Below are positions 63,512 to 64,000 of a DNA stretch of 64,000 bases, piece by piece. The first letter of the stretch is position 1; each line of letters opens with the position of its first letter. Made by a program: the position numbers and the translations under genes. This DNA is from Mobula birostris (taxonomy: Eukaryota), in assembly GCF_030028105.1 (NCBI RefSeq), contig NC_092374.1, positions 178,770,057 through 178,834,056 on the forward strand, in the 5' to 3' direction. The notes beneath the pieces were generated by a model, which worked only from the letters and a program-made list of their open reading frames with translations, had not been told where the DNA came from and did not search any database.

Positions 63512-64000
63512 CTGGTGTCTGAAAGGAGGATGCTGTCCAAGTTGCATGCCATCTTGGTCAATGTCTCCCATCCACTACATAATATACTGGGTGGGCACAG
63601 GAGTACATTCAGCCAGAGACTCAATCCACCGAGATGCAGCACTGAGCGTCATAGGAAGTCATTCCTGCCTGTGGCCATCAAACTTTACAACTCCTCCCTT
63701 GGAGGGTCAGACATCCTGAGCCAATAGGCTGGTCCTGGACTTTATTTCCTGGCGTAATTTACATATTACTATTTACCTATTTATGGATTTATTACTGTTT
63801 AATTATTTATGGTGCAACTGTAACGGAAACCAATTTCCCCCGGCATCAATAAAGCATGACTATGACTGACCTGCTGAGTTTCTCCAGCATTTTGTCAGTG
63901 TTGCAGGAAGAACTCACTGAATCAGGCAACGTCTGTAGAGGGAGGTAGTCCAGATAGTTTTGACCTAAAACATCAACTATCTGTCCATTTCCCTCCACAG

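Overview
Eukaryotic (jawed-vertebrate) genomic DNA. The repeat landscape (Rex1/Babar LINEs, Penelope-like elements, CR1, HE1/V-type SINEs) suggests a cartilaginous fish, probably a ray; this is inference. Most of the window is decayed transposable elements, and most ORFs in the supplied track are TE fragments or low-complexity artefacts. The one well-supported host gene is a complete MHC class I heavy-chain gene on the minus strand, assembled by hand. Its exons are leader 45590-45641, alpha1 33913-34176, alpha2 31601-31876, alpha3 26600-26875, TM 21179-21307, and cytoplasmic 19878-19904 and 19696-19769. All introns are GT-AG phase 1, and the product is 365 aa. It keeps 8 of 9 canonical peptide-terminus-anchoring residues, which fits the elasmobranch nonclassical UDA lineage (lineage call tentative). 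It also has several odd features: an Asn in the TM helix, juxtamembrane Cys residues, a non-acidic glycosylatable CD8 loop, a C-terminal IxYxxV (ITIM-like) motif, and an in-frame, stop-free last intron. Directly upstream is a clear ISRE + X1/X2 + Y-box promoter module. Other notable items are two HERO-like RLE retrotransposon copies inside the gene, a triple-nested Rex1>hAT>Penelope insertion with intact TSDs, repeated Penelope fold-back structures, a PNMA-like gag relic, a Chapaev3-like relic, and two CpG-rich promoter-like regions (about 48.4 and 56.7 kb) sharing a twin-CCAAT architecture. There is a 218-N assembly gap at 38276-38493. No CRISPR, rRNA or tRNA genes are supported. I found no evidence for a wholly new biological system; the strongest lead is the unusual MHC class I receptor.
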